A DNA stretch of 64,000 nucleotides, from NCBI GenBank assembly GCA_030390025.1, contig CM059432.1, positions 128,776,001 through 128,840,000 of the forward strand, read 5' to 3'. The DNA is from Squalus acanthias (lineage: Eukaryota). The stretch's first letter is position 1. Each line of letters starts with the position of its first letter. Below, piece after piece: positions 11,990 through 23,658 of this stretch. Under the pieces are notes generated by a model. It ran no database searches. It saw only the letters and a program-made list of their open reading frames with translations, and was not told where the DNA came from. The translations under genes were made by a program, and so were the position numbers.

Positions 11990-12830
11990 ATTAGAAGTTC
12001 TATACAAGGGATGGGCAATTCACTAGTGCATCATGCTTCATTAATGTGAGAGAAATTCTAGTTAGATTTACAAGTTGCTGACAAATGTTAACGTATGTAA
12101 AAGTGATTGCTGTTCTAGGATTTATATGAAAGTCCAAAAAGCATTTGAAAAGATTGTCAGGCACATCAATGCTCACCCAATTGACTGGATGATGTAACCT
12201 TGTGTGCAGCCCTTCTGAATCCCTTGTAATGCTAGCTCCTGAAGAGGCAAAAAAACATGGATTATACAAAAACATGCGGTCAATTTCAGAAAAAAAATCT
12301 CTGGGAAATTCCTCCCCAGCAAGTCAATCAAGCAAGTTCCAGGTGGCTATGGTTACCCATGATGCATCAGAGGTGACCGTAGTTAAGTCCCACACCCCCA
12401 GTACGTCACTATGTCTTCCTTCTTCAGGAACTTGTCAATTCCATTCATAAAAGATTGTAGTGTACCTATATTTCCCACATCCACCAGTAACCTGTTCCAA
12501 AGAGTGACAAACCTCTGAGAAAATAAATACTTCTTGGCATTTAACATGACTCTTTGCCAATGTAATTTCTGTACATTCTCTCTATTACTACTATCAAGAT
12601 CCATTTTAAATACCATATCCAAATCTAACACACCCAATCCTTCATAATTTAAAAAATCTTGATCATATCTCCGTGAGCCTGCTTTTCTATAAGTTGACAA
12701 GCCCTAACTCACTACGCCTTTTCTCATGACATAGGTTACATCCTTTTTGCCCTCCAGTGCACCCCTCTCCAGATCCTTAACTTCCAACACACCACACGGT
12801 AACCAAAACTGGACACAGTACTCAAAAGGT
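11990..12830. mobile_element. Old degraded CR1 fragments
   Basis: Minus-strand FSQRFVTLWNRL and EYCVQFW remnants at 12380-12830; RT-like remnant (VYLD-FQKAF type) on the plus strand near 12100-12160. Confidence 0.55.
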
Positions 12831-13691
12831 CCAATTTTCTGAGCGTGTGCTGATGGTGTAAATTTTGTCTTATAACACTCCTGTGAAGTGACTTGGGACA
12901 TTTTCCCACGTTAATGGTGCTAAATAAATACAAGTTGCAGTTATTGGCGAGGAACCTCACCCACTGAGAGCATAGATTGGTAAATTGTGAGTGTGATCAC
13001 CTTGGTTATTTGTCCATAATGGGAAAAAAACCTTGGATATCATGCCTGTGATTTTCTGATTCGCACTCCTAGCGGGCAAGTTTCCCTACTGGCAGCGTGC
13101 CAGGACCTTGTCAAGTTGGTCTTAAAGTATGATTGTATCAACGGCTTACGCAATCTTGCATAGTACCCTTAGTTTTATACTTTCTTGATCTAGCAATACT
13201 TCTAGTAATCCTATTTGTTTTTCCTATAGCTACCTCACAGTGAGAGCATCAATAAGGTGGGCCGCTGCTGCCTCAGGCTCTCACCCCATGATCAGCCCTA
13301 GCCCCTGGATTTAATTGAGATAAATTAAGAACAAATCTAGCAGTCAAAACTGGGCATCCATAAAGCGCTGTGTGCCATCAGCAGTAGCGGAATTGTATTC
13401 CACCAAAATCTGTAACCTCATGGCCTGGCATATCCCTCACTCTGTCATTACCATCATGTCAGATGACCAACACTGGTTTAATGAGGAGTGTAGAAGAGCA
13501 TGCTGGGAGAAGCACCAGGCATACCTGAAAATGAGGTGACAACCTGGTGAAGCTACAACACAGGACTACATGCATGCTAATTAGGAGAAACAGCATGCTA
13601 TAGACAGAGCTAAGCGATCCCACAACCAACAGATCAGGTCAAAGCTTTGCAGTACTGCCACATCCAGTCACGAATGGTAGTGGACAGTTAC

Positions 13692-15137
13692 TTTTTTTAA
13701 TCGATCATGGGATGTGACGTCTCTGGCAAGGCCAGCATTAATTGCCCAACCTTAATTGCCCTTGAGAAGGTGGTGGTGCGCCGCCTTCTTGAACCGCTGC
13801 AGTCCGTGTGGTGAAGGTACTCCCAAATTGCTGTTAGGGAGGGAGTTCCAGGATTTTGACCCAACGACAATGAAGGAACGGCAATATATTTCCAAGTCAG
13901 GATGGTGTTTGACTTGGAGGGGAACTTGGAGGTGATGGTGTTCCCTTGAGCCTGTTGCCCTTGTCCTTCTAGGTGATAGAGGTCGCGGGTTTGGGAGGTG
14001 CTGCCGAAGAAGCCTTGGCGATTTGCTGCAGTGCATCTTGTAGATGGTACACACTGCAGCCACGGTACGCCGGTGGTGGAGGGAGTGAATGTTTAAGGTG
14101 GTGGGTGGGATGCCAATCAAGTGGGCTGCTTTGTCTTGGATGGTGTCGAGCTTTTGAGTGTTGTTGGAGCTGCACTCATCCAGGCAAGTGGAGAGTATTG
14201 CATCACACTCCTGAGTTGTGCCTTGTAGATGGTGGAAAGGCTTTGGGGAGTCAGGAGGTGAGACACTCGCCACAGAATACCCAGCCTCTGACCTGCTCTT
14301 ATAGCCACAGTATTTATGTGGCTGGTCCAGTTAAGTTTCTGGTCAATGGTGACCCCCCAGGATATTGATGGTGGGGGATTCGGTGGTAGTAATGCTGTTG
14401 AATGTCAAGGGGCGGTGGTTAGACTCTCTCTTGTTGGAAATAGTCATTGCCTGGCACTTGTGTGGCACAAATGTTACTTACTACTTATCAGCCCAAGCCT
14501 GAATGTCGTCCAGGTCTTACTGCATGCGGGCACGGACTGCTTCATTATCTGAGGAGTTGCGAATGGAACTGAACACTGTGCAATCATCAGTGAACATCCC
14601 CACCTCCGACCCTATGATGGAGGTAAGGTCATTGATGAAGCAGCTGAAGATGGTTGTGCCTAGGACACTGCCCTGAGGAACTCCTGCGGCGATGTCCTGG
14701 GGCTGAGATGATTGACTTTCAACCACCACAACCATCTTCCTTTGTGCTTGGTATGACTCCAGCTAGTGGAGAGTTTTCCCCCCTGATTCCCATTGTCTTC
14801 AGTTTTACTAGGGCTCCTTGATGCCACACTCGGTCAAATGCTGGCTTGATGTCAAGGGCAGTCACTCTGGACCTCAGCTCTTTTGTCCATGTTTGGACCA
14901 AGGCTGTAATGAAGTCTGGAGCTGAATGGTCCGGGCGGAACCCAAACTGAGCATTTGTGAATAGGTTATTGGTGAGTAACTGCCGTTTGACGGCACTGTT
15001 GACGACACCTTCCATCACTTTGCGAGTAGACTGATGGGGCGGTAATTCGCCGGATTGGATTAGTCCTGCTTTTTATGGGCAGGACATACCTGGGCAATTT
15101 TCCACATTGTCGGGTAGATGCCAGTGTTGTAGCTGTA
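13692..15137 (-). mobile_element. CR1-group LINE, RT and 3' end (decayed)
   Basis: QFGFR..HSA.D, ALDIK.AFDRVWH, GVPQGSVLG..IF..FINDL, FTDDCT, YKAQ.RSVM.YS motifs; shared 3' tail and poly(A) remnant at 13692. Confidence 0.92.
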
Positions 15138-15344
15138 CTAAAGGACATTAGTGAACCAGATGTGTTTTTACAACAGTCGGTAGTTTCATGGTCACCATTA
15201 CTGATTCTAGCTTTTTATTCCAGATTTATTTAATTAACTGAATTTAAATTCCCCAGCTGCCGTGGTGGGATTTGAACTCCTGATCATTAGTCCAGGCCTC
15301 TGGATTACTAGACCAGCCATATAAACACTATAATACCGTACCCC
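15138..15344 (-). mobile_element. 5' half of a tRNA-derived SINE fused directly to the LINE above
   Basis: Reverse complement matches the first about 200 nt of SINE 44921-45304, including B box gagttcaaatcc. Confidence 0.85.
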
Positions 15345-15446
15345 ACTAATGGGAGGAGGAGGCGGCTCCATGAACATCCCCAATTATGGCAGAGCCCAGT
15401 ACTTGAGTGTAAAAGACAAGGTTGAAGCGTCCACAACCATCTTCAA

Positions 15447-15650
15447 CCATGGGATCTTTTACGTCCATCTGAGAGAGCAGACAGGGCCTCGATTTAACTT
15501 GTCATCTGAAAGACGGCACCTCCGACAGTGCAACACTCCCTCAGTACTGCACTGAAGTTTCAGCCCAGATTATGTGCTCATGTCCTCTGGAGTGGGGCTT
15601 GAACTCACAGCCTTCTAGACGTAGAGACAAGAATGCTACCCACTGAGCCA
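15447..15650 (-). mobile_element. DeuSINE (SacSINE1-like) 5' fragment
   Basis: Reverse complement contains ggctcagtgggtagc, gagttcaagccccac and ggaggtgccgtctttcagatga...aaaagatcccatgg, as in 56507-56975. Confidence 0.8.
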
Positions 15651-16315
15651 AATCCGGCACCTTGTAGATATGGATTGTGAAACCTTGTGTGGAAACTGCT
15701 GGGAGTGTAAACGTCCTGTTGCTGTCATGACCTAATGCAAATCTGTTGTGACAGTTGAATTTAATGTACAAAGGGGCCACAAATATTGCAGGTCCCCAGC
15801 TTCCTGCAGATGGAGAAAACATAACGCATAACAGTCACTGCACTTTAAAAAAATGTAATTCATTGTGTGAAGCACTTTTTGAGATGTTTTGATATGAAAG
15901 CTGCAATATAAATGCAAGTATTACTGGATAAAAGTTAACGTGACTTCTATTGCACAGTCATATTCGTAAGGAAAGCACATACTGTAGAATAAAGCCAAGT
16001 GGGTCTCTGGAAATGGAGGCATTATATGGGAAGAAATATGTACAACCACTGTCATTCATGTCCTGTGTTTGAAATGCTGTGAATGAATTGGTATGTCCTA
16101 TGCATGATTTGGCACAAGACTATGATTTAAAAAAAAAGGGTATTTAGTCCCTGGTTTCTTATTGTTTTTCTTAACTTGCTTCTTAGATTAAAGTAGATTT
16201 TTAAAATGCCTCACTTAAAATGGGGCTACTGATCCTCTTAAAAACCAACATACTAACTGAGAGCTGAAAATTCTAGTGATCCTTTCAACGAACAAAACAT
16301 CCTTAATATGCTAAT

Positions 16316-17051
16316 GGCCTGGCCATTACGGTCGGAGCCTTGCCGCACCTACCTGACGGCTCCGGACCTTCGGACTCTTGCGGTCCTGGGCCTGCAGGCG
16401 TACGCCTGCGTAAAGGTCCACTTATCCCAGGCGCGCACGCGGTTCGCAAGTGTCCCTGGGGTCACGTGGGCCAGGCCAACCAATGATAAGGGGGATTCGC
16501 ATTATGATTATGGGGATTCCATTAACGCACGGAATCCCCATGAGCAGAATAGGAATCAGCTAATACATACAATTTCACAGCACTGAAATAAAAATAAATA
16601 ATCACAGGTTCAAAATTAATGAAAATACCATTTCATTAAACATTTAAAATAACAATTTAATTTTTTGAAAAATAAACTTTAAACATTTTTAAATGGGACA
16701 AAAATAACCTAAACTAATTTTAACTATAAGGGAATGTTTAAATGATTTTAACACTTTTATTTTAGCATTTATTTAAACCCTTATGCTGGTAAAAGAAGGC
16801 CTTACACCTGCTTTTTACCAGGCATAAGGGTTTGGTGATTATTCGCTGGGCAGTAGTTGGGCAAATAGCCAACCCTGCGCCAGCGAATGTCAATTTCCAG
16901 CGGATGCGTACGACCTGTCAAGCTGAAACTTTTCAGATCGCAAGTTCCGGGTTTTCACGCAGGCGCATCGCACGCGGAAACCCGGAACTTGTGGGGCACT
17001 TACAACAGCGTACGCTGCGTACGCCATCATAGGCCCCGTAAAATCCAGGCC
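16316..17051. mobile_element. Harbinger-type MITE (family C) with AT-rich core
   Basis: Termini ggcctggccattacgg / ccgtaaaatccaggcc with AAT/AAT 3-bp TSD; internal hairpin at about 16778-16830. Confidence 0.75.
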
Positions 17052-18056
17052 AATATTTTAATTGCAATTTTAATTAAGTGTCAATGTCCCACTAGAACCC
17101 TTCCTGATAATTATTCAAATGGTTGGTGTCTGCTTTGTTTATTAACTTGTTGGGCTGTTGTGTAATTCGAGTACGTTTTTTACAAATTAGCACCCCAAGG
17201 GCACAGCTTTGCATGACAGGAGCACGTATCAGGAATTCGGGTGCAGAGATGAGTGTTCAAATACCAGATACGTGCTTCCATTGGATGAAGCTTTGCGTCA
17301 GGAACGCTAATTTGGAAAATATACCCCATAGTGTATTTGCCTGGTAAAAGTAATCAGCACATATAACTGTACTAAGAATTACCTGAAAGGAAACTGAGGA
17401 TAAATGTCAAAAGAACTACCACTTTTATTTAGTTCTGTTTTGGCTAGCTGTGAGACATGTAGGTGGAACATGACTCTGAAGGCATGTGCCTACCTAAATC
17501 CTATAAAGACTGTTACTCTATTCACTGAGGGATCAAACTAGTATCTCTCTCTGAAAACCAATTTGTTTTATCTCGGTTCTGCAAAGAGGTTTTTAAAGGA
17601 TCCCATCTGACTGCACATCATAAACTGCTGTTTTAATAGAACTGATTCGATATCTCACTTGTACTGCTGCTTCTGTGAATAACTATCCATGAATAAACCG
17701 GTTTGATAGTTTACCTTGTTACGGAAAGCATTTGGCGTAGCTAATATTATCTACCTTTTGTATCGAGTGTCAGTGAAAGGGTTCATTGTTCACCTGGAAC
17801 ATGCTATCTCAAAGTACTTTATGCATAAGGTTAACTTTCGGCTGATAGGGAACGAAGGCTTGCTGCTGGGATTGGACTTTTCACACTGGACTTGAGAAAA
17901 AGTATCTGGTGTGAGCTTGAATCAAAGGGCCTGAATCACATGTTGACCTTAGGAGCCAAACTTGTTACCCTGACCTTGTCACCATTCAGCTCTATGTTCA
18001 TCCTGCTCACAGCACAGATATCTGCCCTGCTCAAAGTCACTGTCAACATTCTTTAT

Positions 18057-18299
18057 CAGAAGTCGCACAACACCAGGTTATAGTCCAACAGATTTATTTA
18101 ATTTTACAAGCTTTCGGAGCTGTTCGCTCCTTCTTCAGGTTCAGAATTCTGGGAGATTCTCTCACAGCTACCTTACCTGAAGAAGGAGCGAACAGCTCCG
18201 AAAGCTTGTAAAATTAAATAAATCTGTTGGACTATAACCTGGTGTTGTGCGACTTCTGATTTTTGTCCACCCCAGTCCAACGCCGGCATCTCCACATCA
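18057..18299 (+). mobile_element. Miniature Penelope-derived retroelement with 5'-inverted terminal repeat
   Basis: Perfect 86-bp inverted arms 18055-18140 / 18175-18260; 13-bp TSD caacattctttat (18044-18056, 18300-18312); homologous to 63752-63965. Confidence 0.85.
18173..18211 (+). ncRNA. Minimal type-I hammerhead ribozyme motif
   Basis: uuac-CUGAAGA-A-GGAGC-gaaca-GCUCC-GAAA-GC-UU-guaa: conserved core, stem II, palindromic AAGCUU in place of stem III, and stem I uuac/guaa. Confidence 0.7.
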
Positions 18300-18399
18300 C
18301 AACATTCTTTATGGCTGTGACTGTGCCACATCTTCCTGCCTAGTCCTCTTTGAATTATCATAGTGTGCAACATGAGTGCCCATTCCATCTATTCCTCTA

Positions 18400-18700
18400 T
18401 AGTCCTCCTCAATGGAAAAGCCCTTGCCTGGTTCCGGTCCTACCTATTTACCTATTCCAATGTCTCTTCCTGCCCCTGCGTGATCGCCTCTGAAGTACCT
18501 TATGGTCCATCATTGATTCCCTCCTTTTCCACAGGAATGAAATCAACTTCCACATGACTGCTGATGACACCCAGCTCTCCCTCTCTGCCATGTCCTCGAC
18601 TTCATGACTACCTCCATGCTGTCTGATTGTTTGTCTGACATCAAGTTGTGGATGAGCCAGAATTCCCTACACTTCGACATTGGGAAGACCAAAGCCAGAA
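18400..18700 (+). mobile_element. Degraded L2 RT fragment
   Basis: ALAWF.SYL, ADDTQL and WMSQN.L.....KT remnants, similar to the L2 at 53200-53740. Confidence 0.65.
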
Positions 18701-20334
18701 ATGTTGGTGGTAATGGAGACTGACGTAGAATAGTACCATTCAAGTGAGGGAAATACGTCACATGATGTATTCTCCACCATTTGTATCGTAGCAATGCTGG
18801 ATGTAAGGGACCCCCGGTGCATCTCTGGCATTCAGCATTACTAAAGATGTCAAGGGGGACATGGGGCATCACAATACCACTTTGTTTTTCCTTTTTTAAC
18901 TTTAAAGAACTATCGGTTGTGAAGTAGAAAAGTGGCTAAAATTAATCAGAATTCACCATAATTAATGAAAAAATTCAAAATATTCCAGTACCCTCACCCC
19001 AGAAATACACCACCAATTTTGGTACCTTTAATATTTGTATTTCCCCCAAGTGCAGGAATGTTGGGTATATCTACAGCTTAAGTTACAAAGCCAATGTAAC
19101 GATTTGTTTTCACATGTCATAGGCTTATAATCAGGCCCATTCTTGAGCTGTCAGCTTTTTGGGCTTGTGTCAACTTCCTTTCTAGTTTTCCATTTTGGCC
19201 TCTCTGCAGGACAAATGTCCCAGTGCAGCAGCATGGGAGAAAGAAGCCAACAATAATTTGCTACCACTGTTCTCATGCTGCCAGTGGTTCTTTTTCCTCA
19301 AAGGATAGATACTGAGACCTCTTCTTGTCTTCCCCTTGCACTGATGCCTGGTGATCATCAGTGAACTGCATGCGAATCTCCTTATCACTGGCAACGTTAC
19401 GCAGCATGCAGCATGCAGCACACTGCCAAATTTTTGGTGATCACTTATTCAGGGATACACATGAGCCACTAGAAGTGCAGTTTGAGTACACCAAAGGCCT
19501 GCTCGATCAGTTCGAGTCATGCGGCGTATTTCCCCCACTTGAATGGCATTATTCTACGCCCATCCCCATTACCACCAAAATTTCTGGCTTTGGTTTTCCC
19601 AATGTTGAAGTGTAGGAAATTCTGGCTCATCCACAACTTGATGTCAGATGAGCATAGAGGCAGTCATGGAGTCGAGGGTGGTGGTCATGGGGCCCATTGT
19701 ACCATAGCTAAGCCCTAGTGCATGGGTTATGCAGATACATCATAAACTCTAGTTTCAATGCATATCCCATATCTACCAGCAACCAGCCATCAGGCTTCCC
19801 TCACTTTAGAAGAGCTTGGTAACATTAGATTGGCACAGGATGTATGAATCATGGATCACTGGGTGAAATGTCCATTAACAATGGGGGCAGGTGGGATGTG
19901 CACACATCACCTGCAAATTAAAGAAGCGAAACGTTTATCAATTTATGCACATTTTGGCAATGCTGAAAGGTGCCTAAACCTAAGGAATCACACAAGTAGG
20001 TCGAAGGCCTGCTGCCTTTGAGATTGTAGGTCATGGCCAAAAATCTGCTTCATGGCTCTGTGGATCAGGTTCTAGCTTGCTCTATAACATCTGCTCCTGG
20101 ACCTAGAAACCTGCATAGAATCATAGAATCATAGAATGGTTACAGCACGGAAGAAGGCCATTCAGACCGTCGAGCCCATGCCGCTCTCTGCAAGAGCACT
20201 TCAGCTAGTCCCACTCCCCCGACCTTTCCCCGTAGCCCTGCAAATTTCTTTCCTTCGAATACTTATCCAACTCCCTTTTGAAAGCCGTGATTGAGTCTGT
20301 CTCCACCAACCTTTCAGGCAGTGCATTCCAGATC

Positions 20335-21520
20335 CTAACCACTCGCTGAGTAAAAAAGTTTTTTTCTTATGTCGCCTTTGGTTCTTTTGCCAATCACCTT
20401 AAATCTGTGTCCTCTGGTTCTCGACCCTTCTGCCAATGGGAACAGTTTCTTTCTATCTACTCTGTCCAGACCCCTCATGATTTTGAACACCTCTATCAAA
20501 TCTCCTCTCAATCTTCCCTGCTCCAAGGAGAACAACCCCAGCTTCTCCAGTCTATCAATGTAACTGAAGTCCCTCATTCCTGGAATCATTCTCGTAAATC
20601 TTTTCTGCACCTTCTCTAAGGCCTTCACATCCTTCTTAAATTGTGGTGCCCAGAATTGGACACAGTACTCCAGTTGGGGCTGAACCAGTGTTTTATACAG
20701 GCTCATCATAATTTCCACACTTTTTGTACTCTATACCTCTATTTATGAAGTCCAGAATCCCATAAGACTTTTTAACTGCTTTCTCAACCTGCCCTGCCAC
20801 CTTCAACGATTTGTGCACATATACCCCCAGGTCTCTCTGTTCATGCACCCACTTCAGGATTGTACCATTTAGTTTATATGTCCTCTCCTCATTCTTTCTA
20901 CCAAAATGTATCACTTCACACTTTTCTGCGTTAAATTTCATCTGCCACATGTCCGCCCATTTCATTAGCCTATCTATGTCTTCCTGGAGTCTATCACTCT
21001 CCTCCTCACTGTTCACTATACTTCCAAGTTTTGTGTCATCTGCAAATTTTGAAATTGTGCCCTGTACACCCACGTCCAAATCATTAATATATATCAAGAA
21101 AAGCAGTGGTCCTAGAACTGACCCCTGGGGAACATCACTGTATATCATCCTCCAGTCCAAAAAACAACTGTTCACCACTACTCTCTGTTTCCTATCACTT
21201 AGCCAATTCCGTATCCATGCTGCCACTGTCCCTTTTATTCCACGGGCTTCAACTTTGCTGGCAAGCCTATTATGTGGCACTTTGTTGAACGCCTTTTGGA
21301 AATCCATGTACACCACATCAACCGCATTACCCTCATCAACCATCTGTTACCTCATCAAAGAACTCAATCAAGTTAGTTAAACATGATTTGCCGTTAACAA
21401 ATCCCTGCTGGCTCTCCTTAATTAATCCACACCTATCCAAGTGACTGTTAATTTTGTCCCTGATCACTGTTTCTAAAAGCTTCCCCATTACCGAGGTCAA
21501 ACTGACTGGCCTGTAGTTGT
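20335..21520 (-). pseudogene. CR1 ORF2 reverse transcriptase region, frameshifted
   Basis: NYRPVSLT, VYMDFQKAF, VPQGSVLGPLLF, KFADDTKL and EYCVQFW across ORFs 20693-21343 and 20335-20718. Confidence 0.93.
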
Positions 21521-21521
21521 C

Positions 21522-21730
21522 ACCTGAGCTTCAGTAGTGTTCTGAGGTAGTGCCTCGCTCCCGATGTTTGCGCCTAAGAGAGGTGTTTAGCACCTGATTT
21601 AGCGCTCAAATCAACTCCAGGGGGATGGAGGCGAATTTTGCAGTTGGAGGCGATAATTAGCGCCAGGTGCTAAACTCTGCACCCGGCAGGTATTAGCGCC
21701 CCAAAATGGGCGATACCCAATTTTTCCCCC
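21522..21730 (+). mobile_element. One-ended fragment of MITE family B inside the CR1
   Basis: cctgatttagcgctcaaatca...ttttgcagttggaggcgataattagcg nearly matches 60180-60309; ends aattttttcccc. Confidence 0.8.
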
Positions 21731-21734
21731 TTTT

Positions 21735-22420
21735 ACTCTAGATTGCTCCCTGTCCTTTTTCATAGCTAATCTAACCCTTATGATGCTATGATCGCTGTTC
21801 CCTAAATGTTCACCTACTGACACTTGCTCCACTTGACCTACCTCATTCCCCAGAACCAGATCCAGCAATGCCTCCTCCCTTGTTGGGCCAGAAACATACA
21901 GATCAAGAAAGTTCTCCTGAACACACTTCAGACATTCTTCCCCTTCTCTGCCCTTAACACTATTATGATCCCAGTCTATATTAGGATAGTTGAAGTCCCC
22001 CATTATTACTACTCTATAGTTCTTGCACCTCTCTATAATTTCTCTGCAAATTTGCTCCTCCATATTTTTCCCACTATTTGGTGGTCTATAGTGTACACCT
22101 AGTAGTGTAATGGCTCCTCTATTATTTCTTAACTCTAGCCATATAGATTCTGTCCTTGACCCCTCCAGGACATCCTCCCTCTCCAGCACTGTAACATTCT
22201 CCTTAACCAATACTGCCACACCACCTCCTATCTTTCCTTCCCTATCTTCCCTGAACACTTTATAACCAGGAATATTTAATACCCAATCCTGCCCTTTTTT
22301 GAGCCAGGATTCAGTTATTGCCACATCATATTCCCATGAGGCTATTTGTGCCTGCAGATCACTTACCTTGTTTACTACGCTTCGTGCGTTCACATACATC
22401 CACTGTAAACTCACCTTAGA
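21735..22420 (-). pseudogene. CR1 ORF2 apurinic-like endonuclease domain
   Basis: YVNARS, AITESWL, GGGVA, YRPP, MGDFNYP, LDLVL and SDH motifs in ORF 21611-22732. Confidence 0.92.
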
Positions 22421-22559
22421 CCATCCTGTATTCTCTCTTAGTTTGACCCCACCTAATACCTTACTATTTCTTACTTTCATGCTCTCTACCTCTCCCAATC
22501 CTTTGAGCACTTTATTTCCCCTTTCTAATGTTACATCCTGGTGCCCATCCCCATGCCAG

Positions 22560-23492
22560 TTTAAACCCTCCCGAACAGCACTAGCAAACCTCCCCGCGAG
22601 GATATTGGTTCCGATCCTGTTGAAGTGCAACCCGTCCGGCCTGTACAGGTCCCACCTCCCCCAGAACCGGTCCCAATGCCCCAGGAATCTGAAGCCCTCC
22701 CTCTTGCACCATCTCTCCAGCCACGCATTCATCTGCGCTATCCTCCTATTTCTATACTAACTAGTGCGTGGCACCGGGAGTAATCCAGAGATTACTACCT
22801 GCTTTTTAATCTCTTTCCTAGCTCCCTGCAATCTGCCTGCAGGACCTCATCCCTCTACCTATGTCATTGGTACCAATATGGACCACGACCTCTGGCTCTT
22901 CACCCTCCCCTCTCAGAATGTTCTGCAGCCACTCGGTGACATCCTTGACCCTGGCACCAGGGAGGCAACATACCATCCTGGAGTCACGTCTGTGGCCGCA
23001 GTAACGCCTGTCTGCTCCCCTAACTATTGAATCCCCTATCATTATTGCTCTCCCACTCTTCTTCCTCCCCCCCTGTACAGCTGAGCCACCCGTGGTGCCG
23101 TGGACTTGTCTCTGGCTGTACTCCCCAGAGGAACCATCGCCCTTACCAGTACTCAGAACAGAATACTGGTTGGAGAGTGAGATGCACTCAGGGGACTCCT
23201 ACACTACCTGCCTGGTCCTCCTCTTCTGTCTGGCAGTCACCCATTCCCTCTCTGCCTGCACAATCCTTATTTGCGGGGTGACCACCCCCTGAAACGTGCT
23301 ATCCATGAAGCTCTCAGCCTCGCGGATGCACCTCAGTGACGCCAGCTGCTGCTCAAGCTCTGAAACCCAGAGCTCGAGCTCCTCCAGCTGACGACACTTC
23401 CTGCACACGTGGTTGTCCAGGACACGGGAAGCGTCCTGGATTTCCCACATGGCACAGGATGTGCATTCTGCGAAACTGAGCTGCCCTGCCAT
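22560..23492 (-). pseudogene. CR1 ORF1 (zinc-finger/leucine-zipper plus SGNH esterase-like), disrupted
   Basis: CTSCAMWE..C.KC..LEELE..V.ELEQQL; IGDSIVRG, CLPGA, HIGTND and DGLH SGNH blocks. Confidence 0.88.
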
Positions 23493-23658
23493 GCCTCTAT
23501 TTAACAGACTATTAACTAACTTAGCAGGAATAAACTTAAAACTTAAAAAAAACTAGAAAGACTTACCAGCTACTCACCAATCAGCTCCGACCCTGGTTGT
23601 GACGTCACTTTAGCTGTTTTGGAGTTGTTGCCTTTGTTGTTGTTGTTTTCACTGGAGG

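Larger units (their letters stand above)
13340..15446 (+). mobile_element. Internal fragment of a CR1-group LINE (post-endonuclease linker), split by the insertion at 13692-15344
   Basis: WFNEECRRAC..KHQAYLKMR and EW.WT before 13691 continue as GGGGSMNIP...KDK.EA after 15345. Confidence 0.6.
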
